Assembly: GCF_018977255.1 (NCBI RefSeq)
Contig: NW_024704742.1
Coordinates: 37,078,001 to 37,142,000 of the forward strand
Direction of reading: 5' to 3'
DNA length: 64,000 nucleotides
Origin: Callorhinchus milii
Lineage: Eukaryota
This document shows positions 63,091-64,000 of this stretch, in pieces. The notes below the pieces were generated by a model that was not told the DNA's origin, searched no databases, and saw only the letters and a program-made list of their open reading frames with translations. The position numbers and the translations under genes are program-made. Numbering within the stretch: the first letter of the stretch is position 1; every line of letters starts with the position of its first letter.

Positions 63091-64000
63091 GAGAAAGAAT
63101 GGAGAATGTTTACTCAATTAATGAACATTTGAATGCATCCAGAATTTGGCAAATTGTTGAATTTAGTCTTAACTTTGAGGTTTGTTTCTCTAGATCTTGA
63201 GATTTAACCATGCAAATATGTAAGTCAGTGCAGGACTAAGCTTAGCTCTGATTCCGTCCAACCGCTCCACAAAATTAACTAGCTTCCTGACACACACTGC
63301 AAGACATAAATTAATGGTGACTTGGACTACATCCCAAAGAGCAGTTGGTGTCCTTGGAATTTCAGCATGAATCATTGCAATTAACAGAAGCGCGTCAAAA
63401 TTCGATGAAAAATGCATTTTGAGAATCTTTCAGTGGGATTTTAAGAGTATGGGGAATTGCATGGATGTACAGTATTTCGTTACCATTGGTCCTGATGGGG
63501 AACCACTTCTGAACATACAATTATGCCATTTTGAGATACTCGATTAGTTTCAGTAGGCTCAGAGCATGAAATGTTGTTCAGTCAGGCTTCAACATTGAAT
63601 TCAACACTAAGATTCATTCAGTAGTGCTAACCTGCCTTTTGCAGAGCTGATAAAATCATCATTTTGCAAATATCTTCTATGTAACAATAATGAAGGCACA
63701 TTTTTAAACAGTTTTTTTCTGATGTATTTGTCATGCAGGAAACAATTGAAGCACAATTAGCTAAACAGTAGCAAATCAGACATCCTAGGTTTCCTGACCC
63801 TGTGTGTTTTCATTGGCCAAAGTTCAACATGTGTACAATAATAGTCGTTCTGTTGACAAAAAAGGATTATTTTTGTTATGTGGGCTTTATTCCAAGGCTA
63901 CTTTGTAACCCTAATTTCAACTTCAGGGAGTACGTGAATGTTGACTTTGTGATGTTTGCAAATGTAAACTACAAGTAGCAGAATCAAAGTCATAAATTGT

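Overview
Vertebrate non-coding DNA (intergenic or a very large intron). The repeat content points to a cartilaginous fish, probably a holocephalan such as the elephant shark; this is inference from repeat style, not a database match. I recognise no cellular protein-coding exon. The only ORF-track entries I recognise as proteins are broken L2 or CR1 LINE ORF2 fragments (APE endonuclease or RT); the rest are repeat-derived or unidentifiable. The window is dense in retroposons: L2 3' fragments with (TTG)n tails, CR1 fragments, an old Deu-domain tRNA-SINE, a younger tRNA-Ala SINE with (ATT)n tails present in several structural versions, an AmnSINE2-like family and a long LF-SINE-like family. It also has a few DNA-transposon MITEs, a Penelope-type remnant with a degenerate minimal hammerhead core and a 30-bp minisatellite. 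A repeat-free island of about 4 kb (~30.65-34.6 kb) carries an RFX/CRE/AP-1/E-box/NF-Y motif cluster, and a pre-miRNA-sized hairpin lies just before it (30255-30323). Family names come from remembered consensus motifs and need Dfam/Repbase confirmation. Repeat boundaries are approximate.
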